This document shows, in pieces, positions 1-9,603 of a stretch of DNA of 48,015 nt. Both the position numbers and the translations under genes were made by a program. The stretch spans positions 1-48,015 of the forward strand of contig JACRHB010000081.1 in the NCBI GenBank assembly GCA_016217725.1, written 5' to 3'. Every line of letters begins with the position of its first letter. Position 1 is the first letter of the stretch. The stretch comes from Nitrospirota bacterium (lineage in GTDB: Bacteria > Nitrospirota > Thermodesulfovibrionia > UBA6902). The notes under the pieces are model-generated. The model did no database searches. It was not told where the DNA came from and saw only the letters and a program-made list of their open reading frames with translations.

Positions 1-48
1 AAGTAAAGTAATTCTTTTGATTTAAATTAGGGAAGGTTTTTTATTGTA

Positions 49-702
49 TTATTTCTTAAAAAGCCTCCTGAAAGCCAGAGTTGCGCCGCCGGCAATAAAT
101 AGTACAGTGCTTACCGGTTCAGGCACAACCGTTTCTGGCGCACCTATTGTAACGCCTGCAGCCCCGTAAGAACCGAATGTAAAATCTTCTGCTCCTCCAC
201 CTTCCGACGGTGTAAAGCTAATGTCAATAAGACCATTGCCCCCGCCAGCAGAAAGCAATTCGTCTATATACCTTGAATAAGGAGCGCCGTCAACAGTCTC
301 GATGTTATAAAGATTGCCCCCAATCAACGCAGAGTCATGAACAACAAAATTGTCAAGCGTTGCAGTAATAAAGCCGTCAATTGAAAAGTCTACCGGGCCG
401 GTACTTCCTCCAGGAGACGGACCAAAAATCAGATTATCAGAGGCGCTGTTCATCAGCAGACCGAATGATAATGTGGTGCCGAGTATAGGATCATCATAAC
501 CATATTCACCGTCCGCATATTGTAATAAGTCCACGGTAACATATTCATTGAATGAAAGTACTTTTGTATCGGCATTATAAGTGTAATTTCCTCCGTAAGA
601 TAGTAACAAAGGCAGATCAACCGCCGAAGCATTGGTTGATAACAAAATGACACTCGTCAACAAGATAAAAGACATCAACGCATTCTTGAGGGATTTTTTC
701 AT
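49..702 (-). CDS. PEP-CTERM-anchored secreted protein (exosortase substrate)
   Basis: ATG at 702 with GGGAGG about 7 nt upstream. N-terminal signal peptide (..LLSTNASA). C-terminus is VPEP + hydrophobic helix + RRLFKK, the PEP-CTERM sorting signal. Confidence 0.8.
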   Translation of the reverse strand: MKKSLKNALMSFILLTSVILLSTNASAVDLPLLLSYGGNYTYNADTKVLSFNEYVTVDLLQYADGEYGYDDPILGTTLSFGLLMNSASDNLIFGPSPGGSTGPVDFSIDGFITATLDNFVVHDSALIGGNLYNIETVDGAPYSRYIDELLSAGGGNGLIDISFTPSEGGGAEDFTFGSYGAAGVTIGAPETVVPEPVSTVLFIAGGATLAFRRLFKK

Positions 703-776
703 GTTAAACCTCCCAAATTGATATATTTGTATTTGTACTTTTGTAAATTATTAGAGACGCTAATATGTTTATTATT

Positions 777-815
777 TAGTAAATATACGTATATATTAAA
801 TAGTAAATTTACGTA
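777..815. promoter_or_regulatory. Two 15-nt direct repeats upstream of the PEP-CTERM gene
   Basis: tagtaaatatacgta (777-791) and tagtaaatttacgta (801-815), 24 nt start-to-start, each ending in the TACGTA palindrome. They lie 75-113 nt upstream of ATG 702. Confidence 0.4.
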
Positions 816-981
816 GATGTCAAGATTTTTTTACAATTACTTATAGAGGTCATAAGAATTCCAAATTTGCGTTATTGCGCAGATAGTTAGTGGATTTATT
901 CAAAGAAAAACTTTAACCACACCGCACAGTATAAGTCCTTGCAAATTTGCCTGAATCAATTCACTCAACCAGCGGGACTTC

Positions 982-3900
982 TTATCTCGCTACCCCAATT
1001 GCCGCCAATTGTGAAGAATCAAAATTGGCCCCTGAAAAATCAAGCTCAAATTCTTGCCTGAAACCTATTGGCAAGGCATTATCAGAAATATTGATTATGC
1101 CGACAATGCGTCTATCAAAAACCCAATCAGTGACCCAATTATTCCCGTCCGCATTATTTCTTTCTACAATGTACGTATAACCCATATTAGTATCATTTAT
1201 TTGACAGGACAGCCCGCTAATTCGATTGCCTGTGAGATTGTAATTTTTCGTCCAGACATAATCACTGTATAGCTCAGAAGCTGATCTTGTAAAGCTAACG
1301 CCCAGATCAGTCTTATTTAACATGTTTCCTATCTTATAAACCATTACATAACCGGTCCGTATTATGTTTGTATATTCCGAATTAAATATCTCATCATAGC
1401 CGAAGTCATTTATAACAACCACATTGTCTCCTGTCCCGGTTATACCGACCCCTGTCGCAGATTGACTGCTGGAATGGAAATCGTTATCGTCATATACATA
1501 AAAAAGTATATAATTTTTATCTCCATCCATATGGTCGTAATCCATTACTCCCCTAAATTTTCTCTCGCTTGAATCGCTATTGCCATATTCTATAAAGGAC
1601 GTATAGGGCTCCCCGTCTTTTGTCAACGTTACGGTATCCCCGGAAATTGTGCTTACGATCGAGTCATAACCAGAGACCGCAGGACCTGAACAACAACAAT
1701 CAGGGTTGCTGTCAGAAATTATCTCCAGGCCCGATGTCGTACTGTCAATATTATAAGGAGATCTGCCATTTCTATATGATTCGCTCATAAATTCTTCTAT
1801 AATGTTATCGCCGACAACTAATCTGGAATGTCCGGAAGATGTAGATGAAGATACGTTATATCCGACAGTAAATGATTCCGTCGTTCTTGTTGTTACAGTA
1901 CGTTCGCACGGAGAATAGTCTATAAAATCATTATATGTGCGCGTCCTCGTAATTATTTCTTCCATGGCTCCGCCGCTTTCCGAGGAATATTGAGATGAGT
2001 CGGAACCATCTGTATTTGTATGGATGGTTTTATTCCTGTCCAATACAGCAAGGTAATCATTCCCCTCCGGAAGGTCTATCCCTCTAACCCAATTGCCGGT
2101 TTCGTCTTTATACTGAATGTGAAAAGGACCGGCATAATCGCTGCCGCTATAGGCATAGGCGCCATTTTTTCTTATATTGATATTCCTTGCTGCCAGCTTA
2201 TTATCTATGACTTCAAACGGCCTTCTGCCATGAATATAATTTGCAAGTCTTATGCCGTCTTGTCCTGACACCCATTCTCCATATGTAAACCCGCTATCCC
2301 AGGCATAAGGGCTTCCTTCAGCAAAATTAATTGGGACGTAAGCCTGCGGGAAACCCTTTACAATATCGTGCCACCATGAATCATAATCAAACCTTTTACC
2401 ATATTTGCTTTCGCCTATCAGTGTAGGTCCGTAACTCGTCTGAAAACTGCTGTCCGCATTATAACGGGAAATCGGCAACATAGCCGTATGTTCCTTTTTA
2501 TTCGGATGGGACTGTACTGTTAATGATGTCGAACCGTAGGATGTATTGATATTGATGTCTTTATCAGTTGCCGGTATTAACTGATATTGATTGTTAGCGG
2601 GTTTAATTTCAAAAGCTGTCTGCTGCCTATCGAGGTTCACTAAAAACAAGAAATCCCTGTTAAGCTCATGCACTCTCCCGACAACCGCCTCTTCTTCATT
2701 GCCGAGCCTTCCTCTAAAAACAAGGGCGTATCTTTTTGCATCATACGGCAGGTTAAGCTGTACGTTGCTGCTTTTGTTATTACCTGAGCTCAATGTGCCG
2801 AGTGTGAAGCTGTAACTCCAGAGCATTATTCTCTCGTCATCTGAGTCATCATAGTAAAGCTCAAACGTTCCGTCCATGTTTTCTTCCGTGTTGTTTACGA
2901 TCACGTACCCTGAGCCGGTCTCTGTATCATCTGCCAAGTCAATGTCTCCCCGGAAGAAATAATTCAAAAGCCCCGCTGAGTAACCGACGGCGCGGGGGAT
3001 GAGAAGGGTAGCATAGTCTTTGTAAACATTATCGTCCAACACCGGAATTTTAGGAAGAGCAAAGCTCAATAATGGGTATTGATTTCTGTAATAATCAAGA
3101 AAATCCACAGCAGCGAGTAAATATCCCTGCCCCCTATTCGTCTCGCCACAGCAATTCTTTTTATAATATTGTCTCATGTACGTACCAAAAGGGCTTGCAT
3201 GAGATGTTTCAGTTATTGTCGTACCTTCAATTCTCGGATAAGGATAATCGTTAAAATTTGCAGCGAACAGGCCTTCACTCACAAAATTTGCATTGGCATA
3301 TTCCGCAAGTCCAATCGCAGTTCCAGCCGTCACAGTTGGGTCAGGAGCCGCGCTGTTGTATTGATCTGTATCAAATATCTTCGCAATCGGGATCGGGGCT
3401 AATGGGTTCGGCGTATATGTAAGAATGACAGGGTCAAAGGGGACCGGATTTGCAAGTGCATTATCAAATATAATTCTTTCTTGCAGGTCATCACTTGTCC
3501 TAAATTTATCCACTGCTACCTCATAGGGCTCATCAAGAACATGAATATCATCCCTCGTATGCGCAGGCACGCTCATATCTTCTACCAGATGCATAATCTG
3601 GCCTATGCCCTGGAAAGTGTAACCGAAATATTTTTCTCTTTCAAGTTGAGTAGAGACAACTAATGCTCCATCAAAGTCTTTACCAGTCAAGGCTATGTAG
3701 TAATACTCCCTGACTGCTTTCCAAGAATACTTCCCTCCCAAAAGACTCCCAAATAAACCCTGATCCTGCGCCCACAATATGGATGATTGAGATATTCCTT
3801 TCAAACCAGCGCTGTCCCATGTTTTTAATGGATCATGGAAATGATTAAGGGATCGGGTATACATCGGCTCGTCTTCGGCCTTGCCGCCGTCTGTTATCCA

Positions 3901-4113
3901 CTTAATAATCTTCTTTTTGTTTACAGTGTCATCTATCCCGCCCGCAAAACCTAATTCCTTTATCAGATAGTCCTTTAGAGAAAAACCATTTATACTTGTT
4001 GAAGCTATTACTTCATTAAGCCTCTCATGCGTTGGTTTTTCTAATGCACTTGATAGAGATGATGAGAGTACAAGAATTATATATAATATAACTGATATTA
4101 ATCGTCTATTCAT
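982..4113 (-). CDS. Large secreted protein with N-terminal zinc phospholipase C / S1-P1 nuclease-like domain, C-terminal ~750 aa unassigned
   Basis: Signal peptide. Motifs KPTHERL, NHFHDP and HLVEDMSVPAHTRDD (H-x3-D-x3-P-x-H) match the zinc-ligand pattern of the PLC/P1 nuclease fold. It starts 13 nt after the upstream gene stop, so it is in an operon. Confidence 0.65.
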   Translation of the reverse strand: MNRRLISVILYIILVLSSSLSSALEKPTHERLNEVIASTSINGFSLKDYLIKELGFAGGIDDTVNKKKIIKWITDGGKAEDEPMYTRSLNHFHDPLKTWDSAGLKGISQSSILWAQDQGLFGSLLGGKYSWKAVREYYYIALTGKDFDGALVVSTQLEREKYFGYTFQGIGQIMHLVEDMSVPAHTRDDIHVLDEPYEVAVDKFRTSDDLQERIIFDNALANPVPFDPVILTYTPNPLAPIPIAKIFDTDQYNSAAPDPTVTAGTAIGLAEYANANFVSEGLFAANFNDYPYPRIEGTTITETSHASPFGTYMRQYYKKNCCGETNRGQGYLLAAVDFLDYYRNQYPLLSFALPKIPVLDDNVYKDYATLLIPRAVGYSAGLLNYFFRGDIDLADDTETGSGYVIVNNTEENMDGTFELYYDDSDDERIMLWSYSFTLGTLSSGNNKSSNVQLNLPYDAKRYALVFRGRLGNEEEAVVGRVHELNRDFLFLVNLDRQQTAFEIKPANNQYQLIPATDKDININTSYGSTSLTVQSHPNKKEHTAMLPISRYNADSSFQTSYGPTLIGESKYGKRFDYDSWWHDIVKGFPQAYVPINFAEGSPYAWDSGFTYGEWVSGQDGIRLANYIHGRRPFEVIDNKLAARNINIRKNGAYAYSGSDYAGPFHIQYKDETGNWVRGIDLPEGNDYLAVLDRNKTIHTNTDGSDSSQYSSESGGAMEEIITRTRTYNDFIDYSPCERTVTTRTTESFTVGYNVSSSTSSGHSRLVVGDNIIEEFMSESYRNGRSPYNIDSTTSGLEIISDSNPDCCCSGPAVSGYDSIVSTISGDTVTLTKDGEPYTSFIEYGNSDSSERKFRGVMDYDHMDGDKNYILFYVYDDNDFHSSSQSATGVGITGTGDNVVVINDFGYDEIFNSEYTNIIRTGYVMVYKIGNMLNKTDLGVSFTRSASELYSDYVWTKNYNLTGNRISGLSCQINDTNMGYTYIVERNNADGNNWVTDWVFDRRIVGIINISDNALPIGFRQEFELDFSGANFDSSQLAAIGVAR

Positions 4114-4126
4114 ATAAACCTCACTT

Positions 4127-4696
4127 TTATTTCCTAAACCCTAAGTTTCTATTCTCAATATCAACCATTTTTAGCGTATTCTTAAATTTCTCTTCTGGGA
4201 CAGAACTATCAATAACTGTTTCGACTGCATTAAGACTTTTTATTCTCTCCTCTCTCGTCTTAAGTTTCGGAAGTTCGATAATGCCAGGAGATAATCTGAA
4301 TACCTTCCCTTTCTCGGGCAACTCAACTGCCTTGTCTGTCACATTTTCATCAAGACGTATGTCTATACTTAAATACCCAGGCTTGAAGATCGTGAATTCC
4401 GGCTCTCTGATGTAACTTACTATCGGCAATAGATTAATCGGCGTATATGACGGAATCTCAAAAGTTCCTTCCTTATTGGTTAAAACCTCCTTGGCTTCAT
4501 AGAAATAAGTATTAGCACCTGCAAGGGTTCTATAAGCCCTCTGCCATACTGCCAGAACAACCGCGTCTTCAAGAGGCTCTTTTGTTTCTATGTCGATGAT
4601 CTTACCCTTCCAGGGACCTGCGGCAAAAACATATCCACAGTTCAGTGAAATCGATAACAAAATGTAAAAAGCGCTTAATAAGATTTTATTAATCAT
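4127..4696 (-). CDS. Small secreted protein, possible carboxypeptidase-regulatory-like beta-sandwich
   Basis: Signal peptide (..GYVFA/AG). GKIIDIETKEPLEDAVVLAV resembles the CarboxypepD_reg-type strand pattern. Sandwiched 13-16 nt from both giant genes. Confidence 0.6.
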   Translation of the reverse strand: MINKILLSAFYILLSISLNCGYVFAAGPWKGKIIDIETKEPLEDAVVLAVWQRAYRTLAGANTYFYEAKEVLTNKEGTFEIPSYTPINLLPIVSYIREPEFTIFKPGYLSIDIRLDENVTDKAVELPEKGKVFRLSPGIIELPKLKTREERIKSLNAVETVIDSSVPEEKFKNTLKMVDIENRNLGFRK

Positions 4697-4712
4697 ATCA
4701 ACTCCCTATCTT

Positions 4713-7700
4713 TTAAAATTTCCCTATCTTCCATAATCCATCCGCATCTTTTACAAACAAGAGATGGAAAGAATATGCAACACCATTTCTCGTTACAATT
4801 ACTTCATACTCGGCTCTACGATCTTCGATCGTGACCAGTTGGATTTGTCCCATGTCATTGGCGATGATGTCAAGGATAGGTGATAGGGCAGTAAATTGTT
4901 GTCTGTATGCTTCCTGTGAATTTGTATCGAAAAGTTCGACCGCCCCTTCAACATTCTGATTCGCCAAAGCCGTTCTCATGCCATTCCACTTTCCCTGCAG
5001 CAATACATCCAATTGTGCCGAATTGAGTACTGCTATTGCAATTGTATCGGTATAAGTATTGTTCTGGTCATCTGTTACCGTCACAGTCGGATAGTAGATG
5101 CCTTCTGTTGTGTAGGTATAGCTTATATCGTCAAAGTTTGCTCCGGTATAATCAATCGTTCCGTCCCCCTCGTAATCAATCTGATAACGTGCCGCCGAAT
5201 TGGGTACCTCTGTTGATACCGAGAAATAAGTTGTAAATGGAGCTATACCTGATTCGACGTTTGCCCTCAGGGTCACATGCGGTGATGAGATTGCAGCATT
5301 TACGGTTATTGAGGCGGTTGATGCGTTACCCGATGTGTCTGTTGCGGTGACCGTTATTACGTTTGAACCCTCTGTTAACGGCACATGGTTTATTACAAAT
5401 TCATTATTGTAGACAGTCGCTGTCGTTCCGTTTACAACCACGCCTGTTTCATTGCCTGTGGCATTAATTATGGCGCCTATGACCATTACATCCGGCCTTG
5501 ATATGACAGCTCCGTTCAAAGGATAGGTTATGATTATCGGTGGAGTTGTAAAGCTCATATCCTCTCCATAACTCGTTCCGCCGCCGTTGGATGCCGCTGC
5601 TCTGTAATGGTAAGTTGTGTTTGGGATAAGTCCCGTTATATTTGCCGATACCCCGACATTGTTTATTCCATTTCCTATGGACTGAATAGTCGTAGTATTT
5701 CCATAAGAAGTAGTTGTCCCCCATAGAAAATATACAGTGGTATCCGCGCCGTTTGCATTGACTGCTGCGTTTAATGTAGCAGAGCTGCCGTTAACATTTG
5801 TCGGCGGATTGGTTGTTACCATCGGAGGAATAATCAATGTTGTTGCATTTGCCTCGTTGCTGAAGTCGGAATTTCCATCAGCGTTATAAGCCCGCACCCT
5901 ATAGTAATAAGTTGTTCCTGTCAGCAGCCCGGTGTCAGAGTATGTAGTTACATCCGCTTCCTTAGTTGCAATCAGCCTGTATGTCCCATCAATACCGAGC
6001 TTACGCTCTATTTTGAAGCCGATTTCGTTGCCGGAATTATCCGTCCATGAAAGGTTTATCTGACCGGAAGATATTGCCGTAGCCGTTAAATTGGAAGGCG
6101 CCGGAGGAGCTATTTTGAAGCTTATGTCATCGCCATAGCTTGTCCCGATAATATTGGCTGCTACTATTCTATAATGGTAAGTAGTATTCGGTAAAAGCTC
6201 CGCTATATCGGAAGATACAAAGACGGCATCTATCCCATTCCCTATGGATTGAGAGGGGGTGACAGTTCCATAGGATGTGTCTGTGCCCCACTGAAAATAG
6301 ACCGTTGTCTCTGCGCCATCGGGATTGACTATGGCATTTAATGTAGCGGAGCTGCTGTCTATATCGGTTGCAGAGTCGGTTATGACGGCAGGCGCGCCTG
6401 CCGAAGCAAGAGGAAAGGCGTCATCTCCGTCATTTATGCCGTCGCCGTCGGTGTCGGGGTTTGACGGATCTGTGCCTATAAAGCTTTCTTCAACGTCCGT
6501 TAACCCGTCATTATCATTATCGGCATCGCATACATCACCTATTCCGTCGCCGTCCGCATCTAATTGGTCCGGGTTGTAAACAGACGGACAATTGTCAGCG
6601 TTGTCTCCCACCCCATCGCCAATATTCAAGGTGTAAAGATAGATATCTTCGTTTCCATTTCTATCATCTGTATACACAATGTTGTCCCCTGATATTGCCG
6701 GGGAATATTGCGCTGAGGGATTTGCAGTAGCCTGAATCTCCGAGCCTGAGGCTATGTCATACATATAAATATCTGAGTTGCCGTTTCTCCAATCCTCCCA
6801 GGCAATGCGGTCTCCTGAAATCACGGGGTAATACTGATCTGAGGCATCTATGGTAATTTGTGTCTCAACGCCTGTGGATATATCATACGTGTAAATATCA
6901 TCGTATCCATCTCTATAACCTTGCCAGACAACACGACTCCCTGATATGGCCGGATAATATCGTCCTTCAGGATTTGAAGTTGCCTGCGTTTCAACTCCTG
7001 TTAATATATCATACATATAGATTTCAGCATTGCCGGTTCTATAATCCATCCAGACGATGCGACTCCCCGATATGGCCGGATCGTATGCATAAGTATTTGC
7101 GGCAATCTGTGCCTCAACACTTGTGGATATGTCATACATATAAAGGTCGCTTCTATAATCCGTCCAGACGATGCGGTTACCTGATATGGCAGGATTGTAT
7201 TTGGATGTGGCGGATGTGCTTAATCGCGATTCAACACCTGTGGAGATGTCATACATGTAGATATCACCGTATCCGTCTCTATAATCTTCCCAGACAATAT
7301 AATCGCCGGAAATAGCAGGAGACCAGGGGTCCGAGGAATCCGTAGTAACCCGTATCTCAACTTTTGCAGCCTTATCATACATATAGATATCCCACTTGTC
7401 GTTTCTTCTGTCCAGCCATACGATTCTGTTTCCTGAAATTGCAGGATAACGTTGATCAAAAGGGTCTGTAGTAATTCTCAATTCTCCGGCATCTGAATCC
7501 CGGGTATCTTCAGGATTTAAAGGAAAGGCATCATCTTTATCATTTACTCCGTCACCATCCGTGTCGGGATTAGAGGGATTGGTTCCCAATTGAAACTCTT
7601 TAAGGTTGGTCAGCCCGTCTCCGTCAGAATCTTCATCAGCATCATTAACAAGAGGATTTAGGTGATTATTAACTTCCCATCCGTCAGGCATTCCGTCATT

Positions 7701-9002
7701 GTCCGTATCGGCTTTTGAGGGGTCTGTCCCAAGAACTCCTTCTTCATAGTCTGTTAAATCATCATTATCGGTATCCGGATCGGGCGTCATAAAGCTCATG
7801 TCATTCCCGTTGCTTGTACTTCCGTCATTGACTGCAACTGCTTTGTAATGATATGTCGTACCGGGTAAAAGGCCCGTCAAATTAACCGATGCGCTAACAG
7901 CGCTTATTCCGTTTCCTATTGTCTGTGAAGGGGTTATATTCTCATAAGATGTAGTTGTTCCCCATTCAAAGTAAACGATGGTTTCAGAGCAATTAGGATT
8001 GACTGTTGCATTCAATGTGACGACGTCACCATTTACAATAGTCGCGGGTTGGGTAGTCACAGTCGGGGGAGTCATTGTCGCAGAATTTGCTTCATTGCTG
8101 TAATCAGAGTCTCTATAGGAATTATATGCTTTTACTCTGTAATAGTATGTCGTTCCAGGTGGCAACCCTGTATCAGAGTATGCGGCAATGTCTGCTCCGA
8201 CAGAAGCTATTTCTACATATGTGCCGTCAGCGTTTGTCTTCCGCTCTATTTTAAAGCCGGTTTCATCATTGGAATTATCTGTCCATGAAAAATCTATCCG
8301 GCTTGAGGAGATTGCTGCTGCATTAAGTCCGGATGGCGGGGGAATGTTTAATGACTGAAGACCATCTATCAATCCAAATGTAATTGGGCCTGAGCTGATG
8401 GTTGTAAAATTTTGTGTAGGAGGAACATACAATTGCATTTTCATACCGCTGACATTTGTTGCCCCCAGATAAGCCGCCAACTCGTTAATATATCTTGAAG
8501 GATGCAGACTGTCATCTCCGTTCGGGTGCAAAATTATATTGTGTAAATTTAGGGTAGCAGGATCATTGGCATTCAACCATTGATTCATCCAAACATAATA
8601 CGTGCCTTGCTGCGTAAATGTGCTGTCAGCTAAGACAGATGTAAAATAAACATAACCATCAGTTCCGATAATTGAAAAAGTGACATCATCCGGATCAGCC
8701 GGAACACCATTAAAACTATAATCCCCCGTTCTTGTAGCTCCGGAAAGAACTACACGCGCGCCATAAATAGTTTCAACACCGGGGACATTCACCTTCCAAA
8801 CATCTCCGTTTTCATAATCCATTTCCTTCACGGTTGTATTAAGGGTCAATGAACCGGTTCCGATCCCGGCAGTAACCTGATAAGTACCGCCAAACCGTAC
8901 CCATGGAAGAAGAGTAGCCGCCCAGCTACGTTCAATCATAAAAGACATTAGAGACAGGATAACGATTAATGCTACTGTTAATCTTTTGTTAACGCTCCCC
9001 AT
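4713..9002 (-). CDS. Giant secreted multidomain surface protein (FN3, TSP3 calcium-binding repeats, 7-bladed beta-propeller, Ig-like, PKD, NTF2-like C-terminus)
   Basis: Signal peptide aa 1-28. FN3 signatures ([21 protein letters not shown]) x2. [11 protein letters not shown]-type domains x3. DTDNDG/DTDGDG TSP3 repeats x2 blocks. 7 x [24 protein letters not shown] blades. PKD (YxxDYEGDG). AGGAGG SD upstream of ATG 9002. Confidence 0.85.
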   Translation of the reverse strand: MGSVNKRLTVALIVILSLMSFMIERSWAATLLPWVRFGGTYQVTAGIGTGSLTLNTTVKEMDYENGDVWKVNVPGVETIYGARVVLSGATRTGDYSFNGVPADPDDVTFSIIGTDGYVYFTSVLADSTFTQQGTYYVWMNQWLNANDPATLNLHNIILHPNGDDSLHPSRYINELAAYLGATNVSGMKMQLYVPPTQNFTTISSGPITFGLIDGLQSLNIPPPSGLNAAAISSSRIDFSWTDNSNDETGFKIERKTNADGTYVEIASVGADIAAYSDTGLPPGTTYYYRVKAYNSYRDSDYSNEANSATMTPPTVTTQPATIVNGDVVTLNATVNPNCSETIVYFEWGTTTSYENITPSQTIGNGISAVSASVNLTGLLPGTTYHYKAVAVNDGSTSNGNDMSFMTPDPDTDNDDLTDYEEGVLGTDPSKADTDNDGMPDGWEVNNHLNPLVNDADEDSDGDGLTNLKEFQLGTNPSNPDTDGDGVNDKDDAFPLNPEDTRDSDAGELRITTDPFDQRYPAISGNRIVWLDRRNDKWDIYMYDKAAKVEIRVTTDSSDPWSPAISGDYIVWEDYRDGYGDIYMYDISTGVESRLSTSATSKYNPAISGNRIVWTDYRSDLYMYDISTSVEAQIAANTYAYDPAISGSRIVWMDYRTGNAEIYMYDILTGVETQATSNPEGRYYPAISGSRVVWQGYRDGYDDIYTYDISTGVETQITIDASDQYYPVISGDRIAWEDWRNGNSDIYMYDIASGSEIQATANPSAQYSPAISGDNIVYTDDRNGNEDIYLYTLNIGDGVGDNADNCPSVYNPDQLDADGDGIGDVCDADNDNDGLTDVEESFIGTDPSNPDTDGDGINDGDDAFPLASAGAPAVITDSATDIDSSSATLNAIVNPDGAETTVYFQWGTDTSYGTVTPSQSIGNGIDAVFVSSDIAELLPNTTYHYRIVAANIIGTSYGDDISFKIAPPAPSNLTATAISSGQINLSWTDNSGNEIGFKIERKLGIDGTYRLIATKEADVTTYSDTGLLTGTTYYYRVRAYNADGNSDFSNEANATTLIIPPMVTTNPPTNVNGSSATLNAAVNANGADTTVYFLWGTTTSYGNTTTIQSIGNGINNVGVSANITGLIPNTTYHYRAAASNGGGTSYGEDMSFTTPPIIITYPLNGAVISRPDVMVIGAIINATGNETGVVVNGTTATVYNNEFVINHVPLTEGSNVITVTATDTSGNASTASITVNAAISSPHVTLRANVESGIAPFTTYFSVSTEVPNSAARYQIDYEGDGTIDYTGANFDDISYTYTTEGIYYPTVTVTDDQNNTYTDTIAIAVLNSAQLDVLLQGKWNGMRTALANQNVEGAVELFDTNSQEAYRQQFTALSPILDIIANDMGQIQLVTIEDRRAEYEVIVTRNGVAYSFHLLFVKDADGLWKIGKF
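6624..7490 (-). repeat. Seven tandem ~42-aa beta-propeller blade repeats inside the giant CDS
   Basis: aa ~505-793: seven copies of (Y/S/N/D)PAISG(N/D/S)RIVW.D.R.G..DIYMYD...G.E. The periodicity also creates the spurious antisense ORF 6860-7315. Confidence 0.8.
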
Positions 9003-9162
9003 TCGCCACGCCCTCCTCGATATATTTTAAAAGTACTATTTTCTTATCAGTTGTTATTTGCTTTGCGGACATTAGTCCGATAAATAGGTTGTTGAAGGTC
9101 AGTACGACTCAATCCCAAAATTGAAGCCATGTCTTGTTCCTCGCTTAAATACAGGATGGATT

Positions 9163-9192
9163 AATTTACCCCCGAAGGAGCGTGGTTGTCAA
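9163..9192 (-). promoter_or_regulatory. Candidate divergent promoter of the secreted-protein operon
   Basis: On the minus strand: TTGACA (9187-9192), 18-nt spacer, TAAATT (9163-9168). Would give a ~150-nt leader. Confidence 0.3.
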
Positions 9193-9224
9193 GATTTTTT
9201 TAACGTTTTATTTTTTAAGATAAC

Positions 9225-9253
9225 TTGACAAATATATTGTCATATTCTAATAT
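9225..9253 (+). promoter_or_regulatory. Sigma70-type promoter of the arsR-dsrE operon (near-leaderless)
   Basis: TTGACA (9225-9230), 17-nt spacer, TAATAT (9248-9253). ATG 9262 is only 8 nt after the -10 and there is no SD. Confidence 0.6.
9226..9242. promoter_or_regulatory. Inverted repeat TGACAA-N5-TTGTCA overlapping the -35 and spacer (candidate ArsR operator)
   Basis: Perfect 6-bp arms. A third TTGTCA copy lies at 9186-9191. Confidence 0.45.
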
Positions 9254-9261
9254 TTGAATGT

Positions 9262-9603
9262 ATGAATAATTTAACAGCGCGTATAGACCTTTTAAAGCTT
9301 ATCGCCCATCCTACAAGGATCGCCATTTTAGATGAGCTGTCTAAAGGCGTAAAGTGTGTCAGCGACCTCGAAGAATTCCTTGAAGTAAGCCAGTCCAATA
9401 TCTCACAGCATCTTTCTTCATTACGGCTTGCGGGTATTATTGATTACTTCATTGATGGAAGACTGCGCTGTTATTTCTTAAAGAATCCATTCATTCCCGA
9501 TTTACTCGAAATCCTGAAAAAAGAATATTCTTGCGATTTACCGGGACCCGAGTGTTGTCCCGTTACAAAGAAAGGCACATACCACGGAGAAAGGAGAAAA
9601 TGA
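9262..9603 (+). CDS. ArsR/SmtB-family HTH transcriptional regulator
   Basis: LKLIAHPTRIAILDELSKGVKCVSDLEEFLEVSQSNISQHLSSLRLAGII is a typical ArsR winged HTH. Cys in the alpha2 position plus a C-terminal CDLPGPECC cluster. Confidence 0.85.
   Translation: MNNLTARIDLLKLIAHPTRIAILDELSKGVKCVSDLEEFLEVSQSNISQHLSSLRLAGIIDYFIDGRLRCYFLKNPFIPDLLEILKKEYSCDLPGPECCPVTKKGTYHGERRK

Noticed and set aside
703-981. Sigma-54 (GG-N10-GC) promoter for the PEP-CTERM gene
   Set aside because: I looked for TGCA-N-GCCA-type patterns on the plus strand and found no convincing match. Only the direct repeats are reported.
6860-7315. 151-aa plus-strand ORF with internal periodicity
   Set aside because: The periodicity is the antisense image of the seven propeller-blade repeats of the giant minus-strand gene.
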